The notes beneath the pieces were generated by a model. That model did not search any database, was not told the origin of the DNA, and worked only from the letters and a program-made list of their open reading frames with translations. The translations under genes were made by a program, and so were the position numbers. Shown piece by piece: positions 19,987-30,610 of a stretch of DNA of 63,265 bases; position 1 is the first letter of the stretch; each line of letters starts with the position of its first letter. The DNA comes from a virus (taxonomy: Duplodnaviria; Caudoviricetes). The stretch is taken from positions 1 through 63,265 of the IMG/VR virus record IMGVR_UViG_3300009414_000002; one strand, written 5' to 3'.

Positions 19987-20919
19987 GTGGGCTGGAGTAT
20001 AGGAGGCGGTAAAGAGGGTGAAGCCGGTACATTTGCCGGGCTTCACTGGGGTGCCGGTGTTGGCTCTGGCGCTTTCCAAGGCGTTCCGTTTCTTTCGGGT
20101 GCTGATGTTATTGGCGATGCCATGTTTGGCAGCGGGTCACTGTCAAAAGACGAGTGGCGTTTGGTCTTTGCCGATGAAATCCCAGAATTCCAAGTTGGCG
20201 GCAATCAGATGTTCGTATTCAATGGATACGGTCCCATCAGTATGCGCCAAGCGTGGGAAGAAAACGTAGCCGTAGTTTCAACGTTTGCCCCGGAGCCGTC
20301 AGTTATGACGACCCCGGGACAACCGATGAGAATTGATGTTGAAGGGTTTTTCCCTGCTCAACACAGTATGCACGATGTTACAGACATCATAGATCGTCTG
20401 GAAATGATGCGCCGGTTCGATCCAACTCTCGGAAGAAAGCCACGAATCACATTTGACTGGGGTGGCGTCTACGTCACGGGGTACCTCACTTCTCTCTCAA
20501 TTGACTACAACGACACGAAGTTTTTCGTAACAGGGTCTCATACAGGGTTCACTGTTTCTTTCAGTTTGGTTTCAGAAAGAGTTCTGAAGCCAATGATGGT
20601 GGATGTGACAACTGGCGAAATTGAAACGAAGTTAGTCACGTTAGGCGAATATGAAACCTTCGAATGGCTTGCATACAAGGAACTTGGAGATCCCAAAAAA
20701 GGATTTCATCTTCGATTTTACAATGAACACGTCACTGACGACGAGTTCGGCACTCAAGTAAAGGTGTTCGGAAAAGGGCACTCGCTGAATGTTGGCGCAC
20801 CAAAGATGAGAAGCTATGTGTTCGCTGGAGAATGGGAATCTGATTTCCAAACGTACGCTTCTGGACTTGAAGGCGGGTATGGGGACTGGAATTCTATACC
20901 CAGCGAGTACACCGCATGA
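19987..20919 (+). CDS. Tail tube initiator / gpU-gpX-like baseplate protein
   Basis: P.ITFDWG..LTSLSI.Y motif; degenerate LysM-like ETFEWLAYKELGDP. Confidence 0.7.
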   Translation: MGWSIGGGKEGEAGTFAGLHWGAGVGSGAFQGVPFLSGADVIGDAMFGSGSLSKDEWRLVFADEIPEFQVGGNQMFVFNGYGPISMRQAWEENVAVVSTFAPEPSVMTTPGQPMRIDVEGFFPAQHSMHDVTDIIDRLEMMRRFDPTLGRKPRITFDWGGVYVTGYLTSLSIDYNDTKFFVTGSHTGFTVSFSLVSERVLKPMMVDVTTGEIETKLVTLGEYETFEWLAYKELGDPKKGFHLRFYNEHVTDDEFGTQVKVFGKGHSLNVGAPKMRSYVFAGEWESDFQTYASGLEGGYGDWNSIPSEYTA

Positions 20920-22487
20920 GCGCCACTCCATCTCTTATCCTTTCTGTGAACGGCAAACAATACACTCCAGACAAAGATATGTGGCTCTGGCAGCACATAA
21001 TCTTGATTGCCGTTGAGCACGTTGCCGATGGCGCAGACGAACTGACCATTGAGTTTGACGCTTGGAACGAAGAGGAGTCCAACTTCACCATTTTGGGCCA
21101 AAACATCTTTGCAGTTGGAAACCTCATTGAACTCCAGTCGGGGTATGAAGGAGACATAGACTTCCATCATGGCCGATATGAGATCGTGAGGCATGAGCCT
21201 GTTTTTGCTGACAATGGGCGTCCTTCTTTGACGGTGCGAGGTTATGATGCCATGCACAGGATGATCAGCCCCGGTTCCAAGCAGCCAAGAGCATTTATGA
21301 ACGTAGATTACGATCATGAGATAATTATCGAGTATTCCTTGTTGTATGGCTTGATGATCGAGTTTGAAGAAACCCCGAAAAACCCACAGTTTGAGATCAC
21401 CAGAAAAAAGGGCCACAAAATAAAGTCCAAGGACAAGAGAAAGGCAAAAGAAACGGTATCACCAAGTTGGATCAAAAGGGCGGGAACGACTGACTTGGCA
21501 GACTTGAAGATGCTGTGCATGAGGAACGGGTTTGCAAGTCCTCGAGTTCGATATGACCCAAAACTTGGTAAAGATGTTTTGCTGTGCAAGCGCCCAAATT
21601 CATTGAAAGACCAAACCATTGACACCGATGGGAAGGCTCATTTGTGGAAATGGAGGCATACGCTAGGAGCGGGTAATTTTGAAGCAACCGTAGCTAGTTC
21701 TGTGTTCGGTGCTGGACCCGGTGATTATCAAGGTGACTGCACACTAAGCTCTTTCTCTCCAAGATATTCCACGCATGGGCTTGCGCTTGCAGTTCGTTTG
21801 ATAGCGCCAACTCCTGACGGGGAATTCCGTGTTGTAGAAATGGAGTTGAAGCCCGGATCTAAAAAACCAACACTGGTGTTCGATGGGTCAAATGTGGAGG
21901 AAATTGCTGATTACGTCGAAGAAGAGTTCAAGGTTTTTGTTTCTGCTGTCAAAGGTGACGCGCCAGACTTCAAAAACCCGATGGCAGATTCAACAACCGT
22001 ACTTGTTGAAGTTCTTGGCGAGTATTCGAAGCAGACATCTGAAGCGGAAGAAGTGGCAGTGAAGCTCAACAAGCTCGGAAGCGACGAGATGAAGGAGTGG
22101 TGGGGCAGGGAAATCGCATTCCGCACATTGGCAACAAATACTGGCGACTTGGTTGAATACGCCACGAAGTGGCTTGAGATGCGTAGGAATTTGTGGCAAC
22201 GCGCAAACTTCGAATTCGGAAACATACAAACAACAAACAAGCTCGATTCATACGTGGTTCAGCCCGTTGTTGGTGTGAGTCCAGAATACGAAGGTTGGTG
22301 GATGATATGGGACGTGACTCATACTTGGACGCACGGCATTCACTCGGTTACTGGTGTTGCAAATAGGGTCATTTCCGAAAGACCCCCAATCCCCGGATTA
22401 ATGGATTCATCTAATGTCGCAGATAAACTAAGTGGTGAAAAGTGGGAAGCGCCCGGTACGGCAGGAACTATTGCAGGCGCGCAATGA
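20916..22487 (+). CDS. Baseplate hub (P2 gpD-like)
   Basis: AD.L.I.F, GNLIEL..GY, LTVRGYD, W.I.DVTH motifs. Confidence 0.75.
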   Translation: MSATPSLILSVNGKQYTPDKDMWLWQHIILIAVEHVADGADELTIEFDAWNEEESNFTILGQNIFAVGNLIELQSGYEGDIDFHHGRYEIVRHEPVFADNGRPSLTVRGYDAMHRMISPGSKQPRAFMNVDYDHEIIIEYSLLYGLMIEFEETPKNPQFEITRKKGHKIKSKDKRKAKETVSPSWIKRAGTTDLADLKMLCMRNGFASPRVRYDPKLGKDVLLCKRPNSLKDQTIDTDGKAHLWKWRHTLGAGNFEATVASSVFGAGPGDYQGDCTLSSFSPRYSTHGLALAVRLIAPTPDGEFRVVEMELKPGSKKPTLVFDGSNVEEIADYVEEEFKVFVSAVKGDAPDFKNPMADSTTVLVEVLGEYSKQTSEAEEVAVKLNKLGSDEMKEWWGREIAFRTLATNTGDLVEYATKWLEMRRNLWQRANFEFGNIQTTNKLDSYVVQPVVGVSPEYEGWWMIWDVTHTWTHGIHSVTGVANRVISERPPIPGLMDSSNVADKLSGEKWEAPGTAGTIAGAQ

Positions 22488-22499
22488 TGGTGAGTTTGA

Positions 22500-23282
22500 A
22501 TGAAAGACGGTTTTGACCTTGGAGATGTCATTGAGCATCTCGGAATTTGCATCGAAGTGAATGATGACGGGACTTGTGATTTGCAAGTTCCAACTTACGC
22601 TGGCGATCAGATAATAGATAGCATCAAGGGCGTTTTCCCTCTCAACGGACCATTTTCAACTCCTCGCATTGGCGAGCGCGTAGTTGTCGAAGAACGGCAC
22701 CCAAGTCACAACCCAAGTGACGCACTTCGTTGGGTTGGAACGGATTTGGAAACCCCAAAGCTCCTCGACGCAGATCGCGTTGTCATTACTTCAAAAAACA
22801 AAACGATGGCTATCATCTTCGATGATGATGCGCTTGGAGACGAATCCAACCACCCACACTTGTACATTGGCGCACTAAGCAACACGCAACCAGCAGTCCT
22901 TGGTCACACTTTGATAGCCAAGCTGGACGAACTTCACGAATTGCTGAAACCGTGGAACAACTCCCTTGGGTTGCAAATGTCCGTGGAAGGAGTGGCTCTG
23001 ATGTCGGCTCTTTCGGCTTGGGTCACGCTTGTCGCCGCTGCGTCCGCTGGCGTTGCGGCAAACCCCGGCACACCGGCTTCATTGCTCGCGCTGACAACGG
23101 CAATAACAAACTACACCACGCAATTGACTACCAGAGGCACCGACGCGATAGCGTTGGAAACCGCTATGGATGCTTTGAGAGAAACGTACAAGGCATTCAA
23201 TTCTTATTTTGTGAAAATAGCCGGTGCGGAGCCAACGGTAATTGAAGAGGCAGATGGGTATGATTTTTCAGGTCACAGTTAG
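22500..23282 (+). CDS. Baseplate spike (gpV/gp45-like)
   Basis: N-terminal OB-like P.IGERVVV; QPAVLG motif. Confidence 0.6.
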   Translation: MKDGFDLGDVIEHLGICIEVNDDGTCDLQVPTYAGDQIIDSIKGVFPLNGPFSTPRIGERVVVEERHPSHNPSDALRWVGTDLETPKLLDADRVVITSKNKTMAIIFDDDALGDESNHPHLYIGALSNTQPAVLGHTLIAKLDELHELLKPWNNSLGLQMSVEGVALMSALSAWVTLVAAASAGVAANPGTPASLLALTTAITNYTTQLTTRGTDAIALETAMDALRETYKAFNSYFVKIAGAEPTVIEEADGYDFSGHS

Positions 23283-23392
23283 GCGCAAGCAATCGCTTGA
23301 TGCTGGCGGTTTGGGTTGTTAGGTATGGGTTGGTATTCGCAATTGGTCAAAATGCCGTTGAATCGAAGCATAACGGTCTGCTTGGGTTTGCG

Positions 23393-23422
23393 TTGACACG
23401 TTGCGGATCGTTGGATTAGAGT
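23393..23422 (+). promoter_or_regulatory. Sigma70-like promoter
   Basis: TTGACA-N18-TAGAGT in the 270-bp intergenic gap. Confidence 0.5.
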
Positions 23423-23428
23423 GTGAAC

Positions 23429-23518
23429 GCAACACCTCCTTGTTGTCGCTACTTTTGTGATAACTACCGTTGCTGTGCCGGTTGGGCGTTTCGCCAGCGT
23501 CTAGCCGGCGCTTTTATT
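23429..23518 (+). ncRNA. Candidate ~90-nt small RNA with an anti-SD loop
   Basis: Lies between the promoter and terminator; hairpin CAACA-CCTCCT-TGTTG. Confidence 0.4.
23475..23518 (+). terminator. Intrinsic terminator
   Basis: GTGCCGGTTGGGCG...CGTCTAGCCGGCGC stem followed by TTTTATT. Confidence 0.6.
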
Positions 23519-23552
23519 CACTCATCCAATTTAACATGGTAGTGTACTCACA

Positions 23553-23945
23553 ATGAGTGAAGTGAAGGGAAAAGTGGGTCTAAAGTGGCCCCCGAAAATC
23601 AACGATACCGGAGGGTTGGATCTTACAAATCCGACCGGTGGTGGCTGGGAATCTTTGAAGCAACTAATTGCCATTGCTCATTTGCCGAGGATGAGTTCCG
23701 ACCCATACGTGGACTCGTTTGGCATTGGATCTCCAATGGAAGGGTTTGACACCGTTCAAGGAACAGTCCCGAACAAGCTAAAGAAGTACATCTTCCAGTT
23801 TTACTCGAGGATGGAATTTATGAAACGGGCAAAGTTGATCAGCGGACCAAACATCACTTTGACCGACCCCGCAACCGGGAAGCTGGAAATCAAAGAATTG
23901 GTTTTGAATCTCCAATCCAGTGACACCGAGGAGATTGTAGCATGA
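23553..23945 (+). CDS. Baseplate wedge gp25/gpW-like
   Basis: 130 aa, GL.WP motif, precedes baseplate J. Confidence 0.55.
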   Translation: MSEVKGKVGLKWPPKINDTGGLDLTNPTGGGWESLKQLIAIAHLPRMSSDPYVDSFGIGSPMEGFDTVQGTVPNKLKKYIFQFYSRMEFMKRAKLISGPNITLTDPATGKLEIKELVLNLQSSDTEEIVA

Positions 23946-26281
23946 CTGCGCCTTACTTTTCGGTAGTCACCAGAGATGGAATTTACAAAATGCTTCTTGA
24001 ACTAAAGAAGCAACTTCTGCCGGAACATACCGAAGACAATCCTGAAGATCCGCTCAATGCGTTGCTTTCTGTTTTTTCATATGAAGGCCAGCGTCAGTCA
24101 GCAATGTTGGACATGGCTGCATTGGAAATGGACTGGCTGAACTGTCGAAGAAGAGCATCATTGATAGCAATGGGCTATTTGACTGGTTTTTCATTGGATG
24201 GAAACAAGCCAGCCAAGATCAAGATCCTTGCAGATGTCACAACGGAATCTCCTTCTGGTTCCATATTGGTTGAAAAAAACGCGGCTTTTGGAGCGCCCAA
24301 CGGTGTCCAATTTGAAGCGCTTGCTCAAGTAGCTATGCCTGCTCAGCTTCTAAACATACCTTATGGCGCAACGCCATCATTGACGCTAAAGTCTCTTTCC
24401 AGTGTTTTTTCTGCAAACGACGGTTTGCCCGCATCCATGCCGATCAGCGTTGCGAATGATGCGCTGTACTACTGCCATGAAGCACTTGTTCCAGAGGGAT
24501 TCAATGTGACGATTGCGGCGCTGACATCTGCCGCAAAGTATAGCGTTGAGTATTACGAAGGCCATTCAAAACAAGGCCACCCAAGCTCAGTCACCAACAA
24601 CGGCGATGGAACGCTCACATTCAAAGCTGATTCATTCTTCGGGTGGTCACAAGATACTTCATGGAACTACTCGACCGCGCTTTCAATTTACGTTGGAGGT
24701 CCGCGCTACAATGCAAACGATGCGGTTGGTCTGGTTGTTCGAATCAAGAGCTTGGAAACTGGCACTTATGAAGACGTGTCCGTCGTTTCCAGCACGGGAC
24801 CATCGTTTTCGACCGCCACTGTTCTGGGACAAACATCAGTATCTACAGATGTAACAAAATATATTGTCTCGTGTGAGTGGAGGCCCTTCAAGTGGTATTG
24901 GGACAAGGAAGTGACTGGATCGGCAGCCGACATAACGGCGAAGATGCGGTGGGTTATGCCTTTCGAAGAGCAACAGTTGGTCACGGCAACAGATACTTAC
25001 TTGAACTTGAATGAAACACAGCAAGGCGGGCGCGAGTGGAAATCAACGTCAGTCAACGGCGTCACTGGGTACTGGATGCGTATCCGCATGACAGCCACTA
25101 CCGGCGCAGCGCCAATGAATTTTTCGGATCTTTCATTCGATGCAGATGATACGGCCTACACAACGCTTGCCGGTGGAACGCTCGCATACACGGTTCCAGT
25201 GGACTGCATTCAAGGGAAAACAATCACAGAGAGCTTTGGAATTTCAACCGGCACGGCAAACCAGATTTTTTCGCTTGGCAATGTTCCTGTCAACGATTCC
25301 CCGTTGTCTATGGAAGTCGGAAGCGTGGTGTATTCGAAAGTGGAAACTCTGTTTGGCTCAGGCCCAAACGGAACGAACTTTTTGCTGATTGAAAATCCAG
25401 ACGGGACATTTTCGGTCAAGTTTGGAGATGGCGTCGATGGAAAAATCCCCCCAACGTCAGACGAAATAATCATGACTTATCGCATTGGAGCGGAGTCGTC
25501 TGGAAATGTTGGAGCTCTGACTGTTTCAACAAACAAATCGGGTCAACCGTTCCTTGGAAACATAAGGAACCCTTCTCCGGGTAGGTTTTGGGAAATCAAA
25601 CAAGCAGATACTTCACTCGGGACCGAAGGAATGGAGGTTGCGAGAAGGGCTGGGTCGGCATTCGTTCGGTCCGTCAGTGGCGTAAACACCCCCACGACGC
25701 TCGATCTACACCTTACAAAGATGGAACTGGCCGATGGCTCCAGCCCTATAGACAGGGCAATCGTTTATGAAAACCAAGGCGGGTACAATCAAGCTACCGT
25801 CCGCGTTGTTGGGAACGGAGGGGCCTTGCTTACTGCTCCTGAACTTTCAGAGGTCGGAACTGCGGTAAATGGAACAACGCAAAACTTCGCCAGATACGGT
25901 GGCATTGGTCCAATAAACAGCTTGTTCACATTCATAAACTACACGCCGGTCGTTGTGACAATTACTGCAACCGTTACGGTGCCAAACGGCAAGTCCGGCG
26001 GCGTTGCTGGAAATGTAAAAGCAGCGCTTTCTTCATATCTCAATCCAACGTCACTCAATGAAGACGGAACGTTTGCCCACAATCCGGGTGGGACCATTTA
26101 CGACTCAAAAATAAAAATGACTGTTGCTGCAGCGGTAGACAACTTGGTGGACTTGACACTCACAATGTCCACACCGGCTTCATCTCCAGCGGCAGGTAGC
26201 AATTTGGTTTTGGCGACCGGGGAACTTCCAGACCCAAACAGTGCAGCGAACGCGGTTATTTCAGTTGCGGAGTTGGCTTAA
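23942..26281 (+). CDS. Baseplate J-like wedge protein with insertion
   Basis: G.S.G.ANQ.F.L, V.FGDG..GKIP, YR.G....GNV motifs. Confidence 0.85.
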   Translation: MTAPYFSVVTRDGIYKMLLELKKQLLPEHTEDNPEDPLNALLSVFSYEGQRQSAMLDMAALEMDWLNCRRRASLIAMGYLTGFSLDGNKPAKIKILADVTTESPSGSILVEKNAAFGAPNGVQFEALAQVAMPAQLLNIPYGATPSLTLKSLSSVFSANDGLPASMPISVANDALYYCHEALVPEGFNVTIAALTSAAKYSVEYYEGHSKQGHPSSVTNNGDGTLTFKADSFFGWSQDTSWNYSTALSIYVGGPRYNANDAVGLVVRIKSLETGTYEDVSVVSSTGPSFSTATVLGQTSVSTDVTKYIVSCEWRPFKWYWDKEVTGSAADITAKMRWVMPFEEQQLVTATDTYLNLNETQQGGREWKSTSVNGVTGYWMRIRMTATTGAAPMNFSDLSFDADDTAYTTLAGGTLAYTVPVDCIQGKTITESFGISTGTANQIFSLGNVPVNDSPLSMEVGSVVYSKVETLFGSGPNGTNFLLIENPDGTFSVKFGDGVDGKIPPTSDEIIMTYRIGAESSGNVGALTVSTNKSGQPFLGNIRNPSPGRFWEIKQADTSLGTEGMEVARRAGSAFVRSVSGVNTPTTLDLHLTKMELADGSSPIDRAIVYENQGGYNQATVRVVGNGGALLTAPELSEVGTAVNGTTQNFARYGGIGPINSLFTFINYTPVVVTITATVTVPNGKSGGVAGNVKAALSSYLNPTSLNEDGTFAHNPGGTIYDSKIKMTVAAAVDNLVDLTLTMSTPASSPAAGSNLVLATGELPDPNSAANAVISVAELA

Positions 26282-27601
26282 TTGAACGCTGACGCACAAT
26301 CAAAATCCATCTTTCTGTACCAGTGCTTGCTGGGAGGGGTGAAGAACGAAGACTCGAGAGAGTTTTTGGATTCCCTGTTCCAAATGGTTGCTTCGATTGG
26401 GGTTTTGACAGAGCGTCAGCGGAAGCAGCTCTCAACTTTCAGAGATCCAGCAAGCGTTCCGCTGGTGGCGTTGAAAGCTCTTGCCGCTCTAGCTGGGCTG
26501 GATTCAACCCAAAAGCTCTATTACTTCTACACAGAAGACAGATGGAGGCGCATTTCTGAAAACTTGATTTCAATCTGGAGGAGCTTGAACCAGCGCCCCG
26601 GAATGGAAGCGGTCGGTGTTGGAACAACTTCTAGACCTTGCGTTGTCAGCGGGTACAACGATGTGAAAGATGTTTTTGATTCCGGTCAAGCCCCCGTTCT
26701 TGGTCTTGGGGCACCGGGTGAAGCATTGGATCTTCGAACGATCCACGTACGTGTTGCTGACGATGAAAGTTCAGCCACAAAAAAAGCGTTCGCTCAAGCC
26801 GCGCTGTCCGACATAAGGCCAGTCAATCATCAACTCAGGGTCAACTGGCTTGGTTTGGTGGAAAACTGGACTCAAGGTCCTTTCAATTGGGTGGACCTTG
26901 CTGGAACGGTTGAATACGGCATCTACACATATCCAGATGGGGAAGATCCAGCCACCGGTCTTCCACTATTCAATCGATGGGCAAAGTTCATGGAGAGAAC
27001 AACCCCCGGAGCCGGCACCCACATCTTGTCCGCTGGTGGAAACGCGACGGAGTACACAAACACATTCATTCGGACATATCTCCAGTGCGTGCCTAGATAC
27101 ACCGCAGTATCGGTTGGTTCGGCTTCGACAACAATTTGGCTTGTAGCAAGAGCTAACTTGTCTTTTACCGGATATGTGTATCTTCAAATCATCGTGGCCG
27201 GTTCGACTACATTGTCCGGTCCCGGCGAAGCAACATTGCAATTTTTCAATCATGCGTCCACGGCGATAGGTCCAAGCGTGACGGTGCCGTGGGGTCCTAC
27301 GGATTCGTTTGAAGGTTTGACGGGCGGTTATGGAGTGATTACTGACTTCAACCCGTCGCATCCAATTCACAGCATTGTGCTTCAAGTGGAAACTCTTCTT
27401 GGATCTGGCTCGACAGTTACCAGCTTCACAGCGTATTTAGATGGGGATGAGATTCTGAAGGTGCACGATACGACGACTTTGATAAGTGCCACTGGATTCA
27501 CGGGAATCAAAGTTACTCACGGGGTACTCGGCAACGCAGCATTTTGTACTTACTATGAAGTTTCAGAAGGTCCGCATACCACCGCGACCATTACAGGCTG
27601 A
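26282..27601 (+). CDS. Baseplate wedge gpI-like protein with C-terminal beta-sandwich
   Basis: DP..VP...L..LA motif; follows J. Confidence 0.65.
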   Translation: MNADAQSKSIFLYQCLLGGVKNEDSREFLDSLFQMVASIGVLTERQRKQLSTFRDPASVPLVALKALAALAGLDSTQKLYYFYTEDRWRRISENLISIWRSLNQRPGMEAVGVGTTSRPCVVSGYNDVKDVFDSGQAPVLGLGAPGEALDLRTIHVRVADDESSATKKAFAQAALSDIRPVNHQLRVNWLGLVENWTQGPFNWVDLAGTVEYGIYTYPDGEDPATGLPLFNRWAKFMERTTPGAGTHILSAGGNATEYTNTFIRTYLQCVPRYTAVSVGSASTTIWLVARANLSFTGYVYLQIIVAGSTTLSGPGEATLQFFNHASTAIGPSVTVPWGPTDSFEGLTGGYGVITDFNPSHPIHSIVLQVETLLGSGSTVTSFTAYLDGDEILKVHDTTTLISATGFTGIKVTHGVLGNAAFCTYYEVSEGPHTTATITG

Positions 27602-27622
27602 TAGTTCAGCATAGGCGAGACA

Positions 27623-30610
27623 ATGGCTACAAATCACCAGCAGTTCAGGCCAGAGTATTTGGTTCCATTCGGATACTCGGACATAAAGTCCTACACGGTT
27701 GGATGGATGGACACGGCTCTCGCTCACTGCTTGAACATTCAGTTCGAAGGTGCTGCCGCTCAAATCACTAATTACGCCACTGTTTCGCTTACAGGCACCC
27801 CTCCAGATCAGCGCGTGATAATGACCGCAACCGGTCTTCCTTCAGGAACAACGGACTACAAAGCAATTGCCGTTGAAGGGAATCAAGGGGTGGTGGTAAA
27901 CGCGGACCCTTACAAAACCCGAATGCTTCGTTACGTCAACGGTCAATCGATTTTCGGCCTTACTGACTTGTGGGATGCCCCGATAGAAATGGATTCGGGC
28001 AAGGACTACCACGTCGGACTTCGGGCGAATGATTACCCGGTTGAGTCCCGTCTTTCAGATAGCGGCGCATACCAGTACACGAGATTTGCAGAAGGAATTG
28101 GAGAGGTTGGAGATCCAAACACCGTCACAGACAATGGCAACTCAACGATAACCTTCAGGGTGAATACCGTATGTGGAGGGTATGCGTGGCCCAACACAAG
28201 CACTACTTCAAAGAGACACGTTTCAATCTGGCTGGATACGCCACTGACATCGCAATCGAGAACTGAAGCTCAAACAATCGCAACTTCAACCGGAACTGGG
28301 AATGCCATTTTCCACGGCACTGTGGATGCTGATGGCTCAAACATTGAAGTCACTGTTCCTCACACGATGGGCCAAACTACAATTTCCACCACAGCCGCAC
28401 ACTACAAAGTGATGTGCCACGGGTTTACCGTGACAGACAAGGCTGTCTTGAACATGACCACATACACGGAAACGCTCTCTGGCGTTGCTGTTAAACCGTA
28501 TGTGGTGGTTGCTGAAGTCGATGGAGCCACCGGAACGATAAGCTACGCGTCGGCAGCGCTTTTGACTCAGCCAAACATGGCGACCGTCAGTCTTAATTTC
28601 GCACAGCTTGCGAAAGACATTTATTTCAATACGACTGCAACTTTGGACAATGACGGTAATCCGAATTTGCCAGAGCCACTTATCAAATTGGTTTGGAGAC
28701 TGTTTAGTTCGTGGAAAGTCCAAAATCAACGCGGACCTGACAAGCCAGGGAGTTATCTTGGATCAAGCGACGAGCAAAGGCTTTGGAACGCTTCACTGGC
28801 GGTAGTCATTTCCGATGCCGCAACCAACAGGTTGACTGTAACTGGCTTGACCGAGCCAAACTGGACAATCGCCCAAACGCAAACATCCAAAGCGTCCAAT
28901 TGGATTTGTTCAAAAATAGTTTCAAGTACAGGAGCTTATGTTGGGTCAGGTGGTTCTCCATACAGCGGACTCGGAACTCTTGCGACGGTTTTGAATCCAG
29001 ACGCAATAGACGACTTCAATGCTCCATCTTTTGGATACGAAACGTTTGCAGACACAAACGGGGTTAAGTTCAACTGGGCTGCGTTCCAGCACATCGTTAC
29101 GGCTCCCGGGTGGCATTACATCGTTGCCGTATGTGAACCCGCATTCCCAGATTCCGCAGTGTTAGCAACATATGAAGCCACGCCAAGGGTCACCGTTCGC
29201 CTCCACGTAATACCTGCTTCGGTATACGGGTGGTCTAACGGAGCCACCGGAACGTACAAGGAAGTTTTGGAAGATGGGTTTTTCCCAGTTGGGTGTTTCA
29301 ACGTCGTTTCGGTAAGCCCGGTTGTTTTGGACAGCTTTGCAGCAAACACCCAAATAGCCAGAGTCGAGCAATTCCGTGGGGTGAATCGGCATCTATCAAC
29401 TGGAAGTGGGTATTTTGCAGATGGCACCGCAGCCACGATGGGAGATGTTTTCCGCTACCCAGCCATCGGAAAAGACAAATCCAGAGCTCTCGAAACAATT
29501 GGTGAAGTAGCCAACAGGCCGGTTTGGGCGACGTACATACAGCCGAACAGCACGGTTAGTGGTTTTACGCTGACCACAGCGATGACTGAAACAAACACGT
29601 ACCTTTATAAATACGAAGGCTACTCGACACCTACCTTGTTCGGTCGGGCGTCAGAAATTCATAACGTTGAATGGGCATCTGGATCTCACGGGTCAACGAC
29701 TGCCGATGACGAAGGCGTGTCTCTTAAACTCGGAATGGATACCGAGGATTTTCAAATAACGGCTTTAAGGCACGCTGTCGATGGCGACAAACTGTACATC
29801 CATAGAGACGTTAACCACGCTTACCTTCACATTAACCAGCGTGGTGGTGGTGCTGTGGATACGGTCGATGGGATGAGGCCGCGGGTTGAAGTTCCAGATT
29901 TGCATTTCATCGGAGATACTGATGGTGGGACCAATTTAGGAAAAATACATTATGAGCCCGTTCCGCTCACCACTGGAGTAGCCGGGTACTACGGCAGCGG
30001 ATCTGCGATCCCCGCTCGTTTCCACGAGATACCCATTACTGGTGACTATATTGGGTGGGCATGGAATGATGGCTACGCGAATGTCAACAACGTAGATAAT
30101 TATGTCCTCTTCCCGCTTCCTTACCAAGCTGGAAACGCACTTATGTACGACGCGACGTACAACCCGAACTTTGGGCATTGGAGATTCAAAGGTTTTTACG
30201 CGAACATTCGTTTCACGACGACTACCACAATCGCAGATTCTCAAGTCCGCTTTTGCCTTATAAAGCAGCATCTTTCTTTAGACCATACAGCCAATAACGG
30301 GTTCGATTGGGATCAGACTGGTGGAACAGATGTTGGAAATTTGGAATGTATCCCTCTCGTGACTTACACCGGCGCGAGCACGAGTACACACGGGCAGCAG
30401 TTATCTAGTGCTTTCAACGAGGGCGTGGTTTTTATTTACGCTGGTGCTGGACCCGGTGCCGAACCTTCCGCTCCAACTGGGGTGATTGCGACCAACGACC
30501 CTCAGATTTGGTACCTCCGAGTTGACGATGTTTCCACCAATGGCGGGGGTACTAATTCGGCAATTTATCTCACGGCTTTGTCTATTGCTTGGGGACGGGA
30601 TCAGATTTAG
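27623..30610 (+). CDS. Tail fibre / receptor-binding protein
   Basis: 995 aa, Thr/Gly/Ser-rich, last gene of the tail operon. Confidence 0.65.
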   Translation: MATNHQQFRPEYLVPFGYSDIKSYTVGWMDTALAHCLNIQFEGAAAQITNYATVSLTGTPPDQRVIMTATGLPSGTTDYKAIAVEGNQGVVVNADPYKTRMLRYVNGQSIFGLTDLWDAPIEMDSGKDYHVGLRANDYPVESRLSDSGAYQYTRFAEGIGEVGDPNTVTDNGNSTITFRVNTVCGGYAWPNTSTTSKRHVSIWLDTPLTSQSRTEAQTIATSTGTGNAIFHGTVDADGSNIEVTVPHTMGQTTISTTAAHYKVMCHGFTVTDKAVLNMTTYTETLSGVAVKPYVVVAEVDGATGTISYASAALLTQPNMATVSLNFAQLAKDIYFNTTATLDNDGNPNLPEPLIKLVWRLFSSWKVQNQRGPDKPGSYLGSSDEQRLWNASLAVVISDAATNRLTVTGLTEPNWTIAQTQTSKASNWICSKIVSSTGAYVGSGGSPYSGLGTLATVLNPDAIDDFNAPSFGYETFADTNGVKFNWAAFQHIVTAPGWHYIVAVCEPAFPDSAVLATYEATPRVTVRLHVIPASVYGWSNGATGTYKEVLEDGFFPVGCFNVVSVSPVVLDSFAANTQIARVEQFRGVNRHLSTGSGYFADGTAATMGDVFRYPAIGKDKSRALETIGEVANRPVWATYIQPNSTVSGFTLTTAMTETNTYLYKYEGYSTPTLFGRASEIHNVEWASGSHGSTTADDEGVSLKLGMDTEDFQITALRHAVDGDKLYIHRDVNHAYLHINQRGGGAVDTVDGMRPRVEVPDLHFIGDTDGGTNLGKIHYEPVPLTTGVAGYYGSGSAIPARFHEIPITGDYIGWAWNDGYANVNNVDNYVLFPLPYQAGNALMYDATYNPNFGHWRFKGFYANIRFTTTTTIADSQVRFCLIKQHLSLDHTANNGFDWDQTGGTDVGNLECIPLVTYTGASTSTHGQQLSSAFNEGVVFIYAGAGPGAEPSAPTGVIATNDPQIWYLRVDDVSTNGGGTNSAIYLTALSIAWGRDQI

